Shown here piece by piece: positions 13,512 through 29,256 of a stretch of 64,000 bases of DNA. Made by a program: the position numbers and the translations under genes. The notes beneath the pieces were generated by a model, which worked only from the letters and a program-made list of their open reading frames with translations, was not told the DNA's origin and did not search any database. Every line of letters starts with the position of its first letter. Positions within the stretch are counted from its first letter, which is position 1. Source of the DNA: Neocallimastix sp. 'constans' (taxonomy: Eukaryota); assembly GCA_050613775.1 (NCBI GenBank), contig JBODTK010000136.1, positions 372,001 to 436,000 of the forward strand, read 5' to 3'.

Positions 13512-14025
13512 TAATTAAGGATATTATTATTATTATTCAGTAAATTTTAGTATTGACTAATTCCTTCTATTATTTTTATTAATATAATAAAAATTCCAGT
13601 TTTTATTACTTTTTTTCTTTTTTTACAAATTTATTTATCTATTTATTTATTTACTCTGTAAATATATATATATATATGTATATATATTTCCTTTATTTTC
13701 TATTCTATTTTTTTTTTTTTTCTTTCTAGCTTTAGTACTCCTATTATACTTTTCTCTCTTTTTATTTTTTTTTTTTTTAATAAAAAACTTTAATATATAT
13801 ATAATATTTTAATAATTTCTATAAAAAAAAAAAAAAAAAAAAAAGTAAAATAAAATAAAAAATAAAAAAATATATATATTTATATATAACATTAATTAAA
13901 TATATATTATAATTTTTATGGATTAAATAAGTATTTTAATAAAAAAAAAAAATTATTAAATCTTTTATTTTTTGGATTTAGCCAATGGTGGGAAATACAA
14001 GGTAAATAAATAAAATAATCAATAT

Positions 14026-14096
<71 letters not shown>

Positions 14097-14789
14097 TTAT
14101 TTTCAAAAAGGTGAAGTGGCATTAAATAAAATATAAAAGCAAAAGTTATTAATAACTTTTTTTTCTTAAAACTAAAAAAGAGAATATTTTTTCATTATTT
14201 TATTTATTTATTTATTTATTTATTAATTAAATAGATAAAAAATATTTTTATTAATAAATATATATATATTTATATATAATTTTTTTTTTTTTTTTAGACT
14301 GGAAAGAAAATACAATTTCATTGCTTTATTTATTAATTACTAACAGAATTAAAATAATAACTATATTATAAATTAAAAATACATTAATTGTATAGATAAG
14401 AGATAAAATATATGAATATATTATTTAAATATAATAAAATTATTAAAAATGAAAAATTTTTAATGAAAAAAAAAAAATAATAATAAATATATAAATAAAT
14501 AGAATAGAATGAAGATAAATGAAAATTTTAAAAAAAATTAAGGTATTATAATATGAATTTAAATCATTTCTACTAAAAAAAAAAAAAAAAAACTGGTCCT
14601 TTGAGTACACATTTTTACATAAATACATGAATACTTTTAATTTTAATAAAAAAATAAAAAAAAAAAAAAAACATAGAATTAATAAAATAAATAAATATTA
14701 ACTGTCCAATTTGAACGTAATAATAAATGAAATAGTAACGTGAAATAAAAAACAATAATCAAAAAATAAGTGTATAAATAAATTCAGAA

Positions 14790-15500
<711 letters not shown>

Positions 15501-16440
15501 GTTCAATTAATTAATAAATTTATAAATAAAACACTAAATGTCTTTTTTTTTTTTTTTATTTTTTATTTTTTTTTTAAAAAAATAGAGTTTATTATTTTTT
15601 TATTATATAATTACATTTTATAATTACATTTTAAAAATTTACATGTATAAAAATAAAATAAAATAAAATAAAGTTTTTGTTTTTAATACATAAATTATTC
15701 TTATAATAATGAAATAATAATATTGAATGTTAACATTAATAATAATTATATATATTTATTTTTACCTTTTATTTTTTTTTTTTTTTTTTTTTTTAATTAA
15801 ATTTGATACTCTACTATAATACTATAAATGTGAATGTTGTTCTTTTTTTTTTTTATATATATATATTATAATAAAATAATAATAAATAAAAATAAAAATA
15901 AATAATAAATAATAAAATATATAATATATAATATATAATATATAATAATAAAATATAAAATAAAATATAAAATAAGAATATTAATAATAAAAACAAAAGA
16001 ATAAAAATATTAAAAGAAAAGAAAAAAAGCTATAAACATATATGAGAATGTATTAAATGAACGAATAAAATGAATTTATTTATTTATTTATCTATTATTA
16101 TTTATTAATTATTAATTATTGGTCTTTCTCATTCCTTTTCTATAATAAGGATAGAACGAAAAAAGAAAGAAAAAAAAAAAAAATAAAAATTATATTTAAT
16201 TTTAAATATAAATTATAATTAGTGTAATATGGATAGAAATAAAATATATAACATATAATATATAATATATAAATATATATATAATATATAATTATAAAAT
16301 TTAAAATTTAAAATAAAATGCCTATATATATATTTATATAAAAAAAAAAAAAAAGTATAATTTATTTATTTATAATATATTTAAATTTTTTTGTTTTTTT
16401 TTTTTTTTTGTTTTTTTATTTAATTTTTATTTTTAATTAT

Positions 16441-19400
16441 TTATGGATGTGGTGGTTTATATGAATTACGATTAGTATTATACTTTTCCACCTTTACGGT
16501 ATGATAACCATATTTATGGAAGAGATCTTCAAGATAAGCTAAAGCCATACGAGTACAACTCTTACGAACATATTCAATGGTAGCAGAACATTTAATACCA
16601 TGAGCACCACCATCCATCTTTGAAAGTCTAGTTTTAGCTAAATCACCAAATTCTACACAAATAATTTTTAAATCACCACGTTTCATATTACCGGGTAATC
16701 CTTTAATGAAAATAGGGGTAACACCTTCACGAGAATGACGAGTAATACCATCACTGTAGGCATAATCTACACATAAAGATTCTAAATTTTGAGGGATTTG
16801 ATGAATTGGTGTGGCTTCATCCACCGCATAGGCATCATCTAATTCTCTGATGGCTTCCATAGCTTCTTCTGGAGTAGCATATTCAAGGAAGGCTACGGTA
16901 CCAATCTTAGCAGGTTTAATAGTCATACTTAAAATTTGACCATGTTCCAAGAAAAGAGAATAGAGTTGATCATAAGTCATTCCTGGTGGAATTCTTGAAA
17001 TATTAAGTTTAGTACGAGTTAAAGGTTGACTTACAAATTCTGGAAGTGGACCTAATAATTCTTCTTCATCCGAAGAGATAGATGGTGCAGAAGAAGTATT
17101 GGATAGACGTTTGCTATTGTTATTGTTATTACTGTTATTACCATTATTGTTGTAATGATTGTAACTGTTATAGGTATTACCAGGAATATTATTGTAAGGG
17201 TTATTGTAGGGACTATTGTAGGTGGTACCATTAGTATAATTGTAGGCGTTATTACTATACACATTACCATTAGGGTTATTATTATAAACGTTACCAGTTG
17301 TATTATTATTATATTTATTATGGTAGGTATTATTAGTGGCATTATTATATTTGTTATTATAGGTATTATTGGAAGATGAAGAATTATATTTGTTACGATG
17401 GGTATTTGCTGTAGTATTATTATTTTTATTATTATCATTACCATTGCTACTACTGCTACTACTACTATTATTATTATTGTTATTATTATTATTATTATCA
17501 CTACTATTACTATTATTCTTACTATTTTCATTATTGGTATCTTCAGTAGCCTTATCATCATTATCATCAACATCATCACCATTAGTTGAAGAAGCGTTAG
17601 GAAGATCATTTAATGGAGGAAGAGCAGAAGAATCTTTCATATCTCCCCATTTAGTTTCACTATTGTGTTCTAATGAAGAAATAATATCTTCTTCAATAGA
17701 ATTAATTTTTTCTTCTTCTTGTTCTTCTCCTTGTTCTTCTTTTGGTTCTTCTCCTTCTTCCTCATCTATATCTTGATGATTTACCGTAGTAGCAGTAGTA
17801 GTATCTTCATTAGCATTAGAAACAATTTCAGTAATATCTTCAGTATTATCTTCTTTGACACTTTGTTTTTCTTCAACAATAGTATCTTCTTCACCACCAT
17901 GAGTTAAATCATCATTATTAGGCTTATTAGCAACCTTTGTTACCTTTTCCTCTTTTTCTTTTCCTGCTTCTTCTCCTTCTTTTACATCATTATTATCATG
18001 AGCTTTGTGTTGATCTTTATCATAATAAATGTTTTCAACATGGAGATGACATTGACTAGATTTTTTAGAAGGCATAACAAATTCCTTTGCCGTTACATCC
18101 ATACCCTTAGATGAAGTAGTGGTATTGGTAGTGGATGAAGGTGAATTATTACTATGGTCATTAATGTTTTCGTTGGTATTACTATTTCCATTATTACTAC
18201 GCATACTACGATTAGAGGAACGATGATTAAGACCATTATTACCATTGCCATTACTAGCACTATTACCACGACTACGATTTCTACCACCATTAGAAACTCT
18301 ACCAGAATTTTGCCAATTTGGATTATACATATTGTTTGAGTAAGCCATCTTAGGATTAACATTAACAGCACTACCGTTTCTATTCATACCGATACCTATT
18401 GTCATTCCCATATTCATATTCATATTCATTCCCATAGGCATGATTCCTCCGATGGCGGGAGTTGCTGGATTAGCATTAGCTATGGTAGTGATAGGATAAT
18501 AGGCCCCATTTAAACCCTTGGTAGTAGTGGCTACTATTTTTGGATTTTCAAGAGTTAAATTACCACTACGTCTATTGGAAAGACCATGAGGAGTAGTATA
18601 TGTTGCTGGAATGAAAGGTGGAGCTAAAACATTAGGAGTACTTGAAGGAATAGCGACTGTTGTGACGGCAGTAACATAATTATTATTGGCAATAGTGATA
18701 GGCTTATAGTCACGAGTAACAATTCCATTTAATTCTGGATTATCTTCTGTCATTTTCCATTTATATCTTAAATAAGTATGAAGTGATTTTTCACCGACAT
18801 TTAAAAATTTCATTTCTTCTTCAGAACTCATTAATTGACTCATACATTTTTTCGCACATCCCTTTTCAGCAAAATCAACATAACCATAATAATTCTTGTA
18901 GTTATCACCACCTATTAAATTAAAAACAAAATAGAAATTGATATATATATATTTATAAATAAAAAAAATTTTTTTTGAAAATATATTAATAGATTTAATT
19001 TTGATTTAATGAATATTTAAATATATATAATTTTTAATAATGAATTTGGGCTTATCGTTTTTTAATTTAAAAAAAATTAAGAAAAAAAATTAAATTATTT
19101 TTTTTTAATGTTAAAATATTATAAATGTTATAATATTAATTTTTGATAATAAAATAAATTCATGTATCAATCATAGATTAATATATTTTTCAACTTTAAT
19201 ATTTATAATATATTTTTAAAAATTTAAAAAAAAAAAAATTTTTAATTCTAAAAATTATTGACTCATTTATTATATTAAAATAATATATTATAAATCATAT
19301 TCTATTAAATTAATGAATATAAATTTTTATAATATATTATTTTCTATTGAGAAGATAATTTTCAATATTTTTCATTTTAACAAAAAAAATAAATAAAATA

Positions 19401-19805
19401 TTAAAAATATTTTATTGGTGTAACTTTTCTATTACCCAAAAACAATAATAACTTATTTATTTATTTTGAAAAAAAGAAAAAATATATATATATATATTTA
19501 AAACCCATAAACATATTTCAATATTTTTTTTTTATAAAAAAATAAGCCCAATTAAAAGTCCTTTTTTTTTAAATATATAAATTTAAAAATTAAACAAATA
19601 ATAATAAATTTAATTAAAAAAAAAAGGAAAAGTTGTTTTTTTTCTTATTACCATAAATAGCAGCACTATTAATTTTGCCAAACTTTTGCATTCCAGTAAT
19701 CAAATCCTTCGTTGTTAGCTTTGAAGATATGTTTATGATATAAATACCATAAGCTTTGTATTCTGGATCAGCAGTAGTATTTGTAACAGTTGGAACAGCA
19801 ATCAT
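16441..19805 (-). CDS. Multi-RRM RNA-binding protein, 874 aa; exons 19805-19652 and 18911-16441
   Basis: RRM1 (GIYIINIS...YYGYVDF) spans the intron. RRM2 is KLNISRIP...VAFLEY and RRM3 is PIFIKGLP...SATIEY. A long N/S/E-rich low-complexity linker lies between RRM1 and RRM2. Confidence 0.88.
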
Positions 19806-21563
19806 TTTTTTTCACCTTAGAGTAGTTATTTATTTTATGTAAAGTTTTTTTTGTCTATATTAATTTTTTTTATAAATCATTAATAATAATAATAATAATT
19901 AATATTTATTTAGTTTTAAAATATTTAATTACTTATATACATTTATAATTTAAAACTTACAAATATATAAAGTATGATTAAATAATAAAAAGTTTTCTTT
20001 TTTTTTCTATTTTTTTGCTATTTGTTCTATAAAAGTAATTTAAAAAATAATTCTTTTTTTTCTAATATTAAATATACTGATAATTGATAAAATATTCTAA
20101 ATAATAATGATAAACGTATTAATATTTAATAAGTATTTTGTATTGTATGAAGAGGTAACTAATAAATATATATATATTTTTAATAGAAAAATGAAAAAAT
20201 GTTAGTTTATTATTCTCGGTTTTATCAGTATTATATATATATTATATATAATATTATTTATATTATATTATTTATAATAATATTAAAAGAAAAGCTTGAT
20301 AGTTACATATAGAGTTATTAAATATATATATCAATAAGAATGTAAATAATAATATATGTTTAAGTTGTTTTATATGTTATAATAATATATATATAATTTT
20401 TAAAAAAAAAAAAAATCTATTATCTGCTTATTATATAAATCTAATTTTTCATTTTATTTCTAAAATGTAAAATACTATATTTTATTCTTATTTTATTGTT
20501 TTGTTTTAATTTTAAAATGTATTTCTATCGAACTAAAAATTTCTTATAATATAAATAATAAAAAGTATTTTATTAATTAATTTGCTATTTTATTTCAAAT
20601 TAATAATGAATTAATATTTTTTCTCTCTTTCTTTTTTTTAGTTGTATGACTTTTGTAATAACAAAAAAAAAAGTTATATGATAAATGATAATATTATTTT
20701 TGCATAAAAATTATTTCTATTATATACTTTAATATATTAATACTAATATTTATATGTATTATATAAATAATTGATATTATTTTTCTTTATTTAAATTTAG
20801 TATCATAAAAAAAAATAAAGAAAAATAATATTTTGTTATAAAATGACAAAAAAAATAATAATTTTTATATAATTAAATATGAGTTATAAGTTATGAGAAT
20901 ATAATAATATTATAGTTGTAAATAATAATATAGTTTATATAAGTATTTTTATAAGAAGTTTTATAATTTTTGTTTTCATTCTATTCTAAAAGAAAAATAT
21001 ATATATTTCTTTTTTTTTTTAATTGAAAATTAAATAGTTTTTTTTTTTTTTTACATATAGATAAATATGATATAAAAATATTAATGTTTTCTATTAATTA
21101 TATTATATAAAACATGTAGACATCAGATATTATTAATGTAGAATAAAACATTAAATGTAAAAAAAAAAAAAAAAAATAAAAAAGAATGTTTTTTTAATTA
21201 ATGATAAAAATTAATATAAGAATGATAATGATGATAAAAAAAGAAGAAAAAAAAAGGAAAAAAACTATCGATATATATACCTTTTTTTTTTTTTTTTTTT
21301 GTTTTTGTTTTGATATTTTTTTATATTTAATTTTATTTTATTATTTAATAAATTTTTTTTTATATATTATTGAATTATTATTGAATTATTTTTAATATAT
21401 CAATATTGTAATATTAAAATTTTAATTGAAATAAAAATAACAATTTATTATTACAATATACTACATTATACTGTATTATACTATACTATTATAAATTAGA
21501 GAAGCACGTAATTTTTTATTAGACTTACTCAATCCTTATTTTAATCTATATTCATTTATTTAC

Positions 21564-21598
<35 letters not shown>

Positions 21599-24069
21599 TT
21601 TTGTATTAAAAGTATTATTATATTAAGAAAAGAGGCCATCAACTTTAAAAAATAATAATTAAAATATTCATCTATTGATTTCAATATATAGAATCAATAT
21701 ATACATTATTTATTATTTAATAGAACAAAATAATTTAATTCATATATTCAATATAAATTTATTATTAGAAAAAAAAAAGGAACAAAAGAAAGATATATGA
21801 AAAAGAATATAATCTTTATAATAATAATATATTATATGTTATATATTATATTTTATTTTTTATATATTATATTTTATATTTTATATAATATTTTTTATAT
21901 TTCATATATTATATGTTATATATTATTAATAATTAACGTTTTCAAAAAAAAAAAAAAAAAGTCTTTAAACTTTTTATATTTTATATATATTTACTTATAT
22001 AATATATTTATATTTATATATATATTTATAATCTTTAATTCTTTTTATTTAAATTAGTTTCGAATTTATAATAATATAATAATATATTATGATATATTAT
22101 TTCAATGTAGTCAAAATATTTTTTTTTTAACATTTAAATAAATATATAAATATGAAGAAAAGAAATTAAAAAAAAATTTTTTTTTTAACTAAACATTAAC
22201 TCATTTATTACATATTAAATATAAAATATATTATATGTAAATAAATATAAATTAATATAAAATATAATATATAATAGATGTAAATAAATATAAATAAATG
22301 TAAATAACTATAAATTAATATTAATACAATAGATATGATATTAAAATGATGAAATACTAATAAATAAGGTTTTAATTCCTAATCAATCTCTCAAAAATAA
22401 GTAAAAATAATTTAATTAAATAATATATTATTAATATAAATAATCCAACTCATCTTTTTTAATATAAACATAAACTTAATTCTTTTTTTTTTTTTTTTTT
22501 TACTTTACACTATGAATAATGTTAAATATATTAAATAAATTATATAAATATAAATAATATTATATATTTGTAAATACAGTTAAATAAATAAATTTTATGG
22601 GCTTTCATTCTATAATTAAAATCATAAAATATAAACATAATATATGATTAATATACGTTAAAATGATTTAATACAAAAATATATATATTTCTTGTCTATC
22701 TACTTAATAGATTAATAAAAACAATTAATTCCATTTAAAATAAAAAATATATAATATAAACTATAATTCTATATTATATAATAAAATTGAACTCAATTTC
22801 CATTGACTAGCTAAAAATCTTACATATAATATTATGATATACGTAACAAAAGATATCATTATTGATATTAATTATTGTATAAACATTTTATATGCCTTAC
22901 AATGAATGCATGAATAATGGTAATAAAATGAGGAGAAATATATTATAATTCTTCACATGTATCAAGAATAAAACAAAATATAAGAATAATATATATGAAT
23001 AAAACAATATAAAAGAAAAAAATATATACATAAAAGAATGAATGAGATAGAGTGGAAGTAAGAGATGGCATGGTTTCTTTTATTTTTTTTTTATTTAGCT
23101 ATTATTGAAAATATTTTAAAATAAATACTCTATGGGAAGGAAATAGGATAAATAAATGCAAAAAAAAAAAAAAAAAAACTATATTTAGATAAAGTAAAAG
23201 TAGATAGCTATAAATATAAACTATTGAAAACTGAAATAATAAATCATCAATAATAAAAACCGTTTTCATAGCAATTAAAAAATAATTTGTTTAAATTCTA
23301 TATATATATAGACTAAAGGTAAGTGCCTCAGAACACATGATTCAGCATAGCTAAAAGTAATTTTAATATTATAAATAAAATATAATGTACATTCTATTAA
23401 AAAAAATGCATATAAAACATATAAAGTATTTATTTTTATATTTATATATAGTATATATTTATATTTATATATATTCATTTTTCAATTTATATTTATAATT
23501 TATTTATTTATGTGTACATTTATATATATTTATATATAGTTATTCATATATTTATTAATGAATGATTTAGTTAATTAATTTATTTATTAATTATTTTATT
23601 TATTCACTTATTTATTTCAAGTTTGTTTAAAAAAAAATTACTTTTCCTTACTTGCCTTCTTTGAATAAAAACAAATACAATAAAAATAAATATATACCAT
23701 AAATATATAAAATTTTAAATTAAGAATAAATAGCGAAAACTTTTTTTTTTTAATTTAATTTAATTTAAAAGTTAAATGGCAAGTAAAAAAAAAATAGCTA
23801 AAAATATAGGCTAAAAAAAATTAAAAAATAAATAGCCAAAAATGTAGGCTAAAAAAAAAAAAATTAAAACAAAAAAAAATTAAATCTATTTTCTTTTTTT
23901 TTTATTATTATTATTATTAAATAATTTTTATTATTAATTTCTTGTTATTACTACATTTATATACATTATCATTATTTATTAATAGATATTTTTATTGATG
24001 TGCTCATGTATATATGTATTGATGTATTTATGTATATATGAAGAGTATTTAAAAAAAAAATAAAAAATT

Positions 24070-24100
<31 letters not shown>

Positions 24101-24373
24101 TAAAAGAAAAATATGAGAAATATATGATAAAATAAAATAAACATATAGATAGATATATAGTTAAATAGGGAAAAGAGATAAATAGTATTAAATTATCAAT
24201 TTTATTTTATTTTTTTTTTTAAAAAATTTAGTTCATATTTAAAAGAATTCCAAATAACATAAATCGAAATATATAAATGTATATATAAAAATGATAAGGA
24301 AAAGAGAATCAATATTAAGCAACCAACTTTAAATAGTAACAAAAAAAAATAAAAATTTTAACAAAAAAATAAA

Positions 24374-24410
<37 letters not shown>

Positions 24411-24460
24411 ATCAAAAATAAAATTAAAATTTGATTAAATATTTATGAATAAATAAATAA

Positions 24461-24498
<38 letters not shown>

Positions 24499-25514
24499 TA
24501 GGATAAATATTATAATCAAAATGAATAATTAAGCTATTTTTTTTAAATGTTATTTATCAAACATAATAGTAATAAATATAATAAATAATTAATATAATAT
24601 AATAATTAGTATTACATAATATTCATAATAAATATTAACAAAAAAAATAAATATATCAATAGTTACATATAAATATGAAATTTAGGGTAATATCTTTGTA
24701 TTATATTAAATATATAAAATAAAATTTTACAAAATAATTTAAATAAAATAAAATATAAAAAAAATAATAAATAAAATTAAATGCTAAATAAAATTAATAT
24801 AATTTAAATAATTTATAGTAATAACAAAATAATAATATTAATAAAAAAGGTTGGTGATATTTTAATATAAATAATTAATTTATAATATATAAATATATAA
24901 ATACATAAATATAAATAAATGTAAATAAATGTAAATAAATATAAATAAATATATAAAATGTTAATATTAATCAATTCATTCCTAATCATAATCATAATAA
25001 TCATAATAATAATTTTTTTTTTTTTTTATATTTTATTTTATTATTTCTTTTTTTTTTTTTTTTATAACAATTATTATTTCTATTTTTAAATTAATTATTT
25101 ATATTAAAATACCACAAACTAATTTAAAGTTATGGCTTAATCAAATAAAATAAATTTTAAAGGCTTTTGTTTCATTAATTTTGTTTTTTGTTTTTTTGTT
25201 TTTTCTATTATTTTGTTCTTCATTTCTTTATATTATATTACATTATATTATATTGTATTATATTGTATTATAGATGTAGAACAGAGATAGAATAGTTTGG
25301 AAACATTTAAATAAAAAAAAAGTTATTTATTATTAATTTCCAATAGAGAGCAAAGATCACAATTCATTAGACTACCATTGTCATTTTATTTTCCGAACTT
25401 TAAAAAAAAAAAAATTTATAAAATTGTAAATTACATTGATACCAACAAATCTTTTTTTTTTTAAATTTAATATATTCATAAATACTTAAATACTTCAATT
25501 TATTTTATTTTTTT

Positions 25515-25630
25515 TTAAAGTTATTTCTTAATTTTTAATTATTATGTATATATATTTAAAGTTGTTTCTTAATTTTTAATTATTATGTATATATATTTAA
25601 AGTTGTTTCTTAATTTTTAATTATTTTAAA
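25515..25630. repeat. ~42-bp tandem repeat, about 2.6 copies
   Basis: The unit tttaaagtt(a/g)tttcttaatttttaattattatgtatatata recurs head to tail. Confidence 0.8.
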
Positions 25631-26358
25631 GTAATTTACAATACTATATTACTATTATTATTTTTTTATTCTTTAATTTCATTTTCATTTTTATTTTTGT
25701 TTTTATATTTTAAGGTTTAATCATGGATTAGCCATAAAGGATAAAAAGAAATAAAATAAAATAAAAATAAAAAATATATATATATAAAATAAAAATTAAA
25801 TAAATTAAAATAAATAATTTATAATATTAATTTAGAGCCTTAAATAATAATATAAAATAATATGAAAAAATAATAATAGTAATAATAGAATTGATTAATA
25901 AATAATTTAATTTAAAGGCTTTCGGGTTAGCCTTAAAAGATAAAATGAAAATAATATATAAAATAATAATTAAGGATTTATTAAAGATTTTTAGATGAGC
26001 CTTAAACAATAAAAAAAAATAATAAAAAATAATAAATAATAAAAATCAACTAATACAAAAAATAAAAAATAATAAAAATAATAAAAATAATAAAAATAGA
26101 ATTTAATATTATATATTTGTGTTACCTTTATCAATATTTACATTATTTAAAACATATAAATAAATAAGAATATATGATTGTAATAAAATAATTTTGTACC
26201 TGTAACAGTTTGAACTTTATTTATAAATATATATAAAAAAAAAAAAAAAAAAAAAAAAAAACTACATTGTATATATTATCCAACTTTTATAGAAGATTAA
26301 AATAATAATAATAAATAAAATAAAATAAAGATATAAATATAATTTTTGTTACATTTCT

Positions 26359-26398
<40 letters not shown>

Positions 26399-28810
26399 AA
26401 TTTTTATGTTCATTCATATCTATTTATTTTTAATATCCATTACAACTTTCATTGACTTGATCAATTTTTATTATTACTTTAAAATATTATTAATTACTCT
26501 TATAATATTATTATTTATTACTTATTTATTAATAATAAATTAAGAGTATATTGATGATTTTAATTATTTATTATGCAATTATTTATTATGCAATTACTTA
26601 TAATTTATTATTATATTGTTATTATTTAGTATTTAATATCTATTATTTATCATTTATCATTTATTATTAAATACTTTTATTATTATTATTATTTATTATT
26701 TAATTTTATTATTTATTATTTATTTATTATTTGTTATTTGTTATAATTGTATTCCATTTCAAATAAAAATAAAAACTATAATTAAGCATAAAATTCATAA
26801 ATAAATAGCATAAAATAAAATTTGGTTTTCACTAATTACAATTTTTTTTTCTATTTTTATTATTTATAAAATAGTTTTTATTTTATTTTTTAAATTTAAA
26901 AGACCAGCTTTTTCTTTTTAATTTTATTTATTTTTGTTTTTTTTTTTTTTTTTACTAAGTAAAAAAAATTTTTTTTTGATTTTTTTTTATAATTTTTCGG
27001 TATTTTACCCAAGACTTAGATAAAGGTAACCAATAAAATTGAAAAGAAATAAAATTAAAAAAAATTTAATATAAATTTAATAAATAAAATTAAAATATTT
27101 TAATATATTTTATATTATATACTATATATTAATTTATCAAATATTAATATATTACAATGTATTAATACATTTATTAAGAATCAATTTATATATTATTTGG
27201 ATTACTAGATTTCAGTTAAAAAAAATACCAAAAGATAATGGTGGCTGATATATCATATGATTGAGAGAATTTCATTTATATTTATATACATATATATACT
27301 AGTATATATTATTCCTACATATACATATATTTTTTTTATATTTATATATTATATATAAATTAGAATTCTAATGTAATATATATATAAGCATATCTATTTT
27401 AATTTTATTTAATTATTTTCAATTTTTTTTATTCGGTTATTTTTTTTATTTGGTTTTAATTTTGTTATTTTATTTTTATATATTTATTTTTTATTAAAAA
27501 TTTTTTTAAACTTATTTTTTTATTATTATTTTTTTAAACTTATTTTTTTATTATTATTTTATTATTTTATTATTTTATTATTTTATTATTTTATTATTTT
27601 ATTATTTTATTATTTTATTATTTTATTATTATTTTATTATTTTATTATTATTTTATTATTAATTTATTAATTTATTATTATTTTTATTTTATTATTATTA
27701 TTAGTTTATTATTTTATTATTTTATTGTTATTTCATTATTTTATTATTATATTTTATTATTTTTTTTTAATGTTTTAGCCGACTTTTTCTTTTGTCTTTT
27801 AAATAGTAAAAATTAAAATAATAATAATTAATAATTGATAATTGATAAAAATCAAAAAAAAAAAAAAAAAAAAAAAATAGTTAATAATACTCTTATGGAT
27901 TAAAAATTAATCAAATATTAAGAAAAAATTGTTTCACTTTTACTATTATTTTATATTTTAATTATTTATTTCTATATTTATTTTATTATTTTATATCTTT
28001 TATTTTTATATATTTTATATATATTTTATACCGTTTAGAGTTTACTAATTCTATTTTTCTATATTATAATATCTCTATTTTTTGTTAGATGATACATAAA
28101 AAATTAAAAAGGCTTATCATTTAACCATAATTGGAAATTTTTTTAATTAAAAAAATAAAAATAAATAAAGAATACATTGAAATAAAAAATAATAATACTA
28201 AATAAAATAAAAAAAATAAATATAAAAATATAAAACATTAATTTAACCGAACGCTACATGATATATATATATAATTTATTTAGATAAAAATAAAATAAAA
28301 TAAAGTAAAAAAAAAGAATTAAAAAAAAAAAAAAAGGAACGGATTCCTATTATAAAATATAAAGAAAAAATTTGATAATTTCTAATATGAATGGAACGGA
28401 AATAAATTATAATTTATAGTTTTTTCTATCATTTACTTTTTTTTATTTATATTATTTTTATTGTTATTATTGCTGTTGTTATTTTTTATTTTCATAGTCT
28501 TTTATATATATATAGTCTTTATAATTATAGTCTTTTATTTTATTGTTTAGTTTTAATTATTTTTTATTTAATTTTTTTTTATTAATTATATATATATATA
28601 TATTTTTCTTCTAATTTGATAGATAATTCTTTATTTCTATTTTTTTTTTTTTTTACCAAGCTTTAAATATATATATTTGTAGATTGTATATTGAAATATG
28701 GAGAGAGTAAGAGAAAACTTAATTAATTATATATATGTTTATATTTTTATATGCATATAAGTATATATATTTATTAATAACAATTTCAATTTAATTTAAT
28801 TCCATTCAAC

Positions 28811-28856
<46 letters not shown>

Positions 28857-29080
28857 ACACCTTCTCCTTTTCCATAAACAGCTTAAAATAAACAAATAAT
28901 AATAATAATAGCATGTTTAGCCTTAAAGTATTGATCTATTAAATATATAGTTAAATAATCCTAATTTATTGATATCTTATAATATATTTATTTATTTTTA
29001 TTTTTTAAATTTCTTTATATATGCATAAATTTTTATATGGATATATTTATATATGTATTTATGGGTGTATTATTATAAGG

Positions 29081-29256
29081 ATTTTATATTTAAAGTTTAT
29101 ATTAATAAATGAATAGAACTAAACAGTAGACTTTAGGATATTATGAGTAAAAAGTATAATATATATATAATATATATATGTATATATTTATAAGCATTTT
29201 ATATTTAAAGTTTATATTAATAAATAGAACGAAACAGTAGACTTTAGGATATCATG
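29081..29256. repeat. Local direct duplication of ~60-65 bp
   Basis: attttatatttaaagtttatattaataaat...agaac.aaacagtagactttaggatat.atga occurs at ~29081 and ~29197. Confidence 0.8.

Noticed and set aside
17052..18371. Overlapping ORFs in other frames and on the opposite strand of the RRM gene
   Set aside because: They are shadows of low-complexity Asn/Ser/Glu codons in the real gene.
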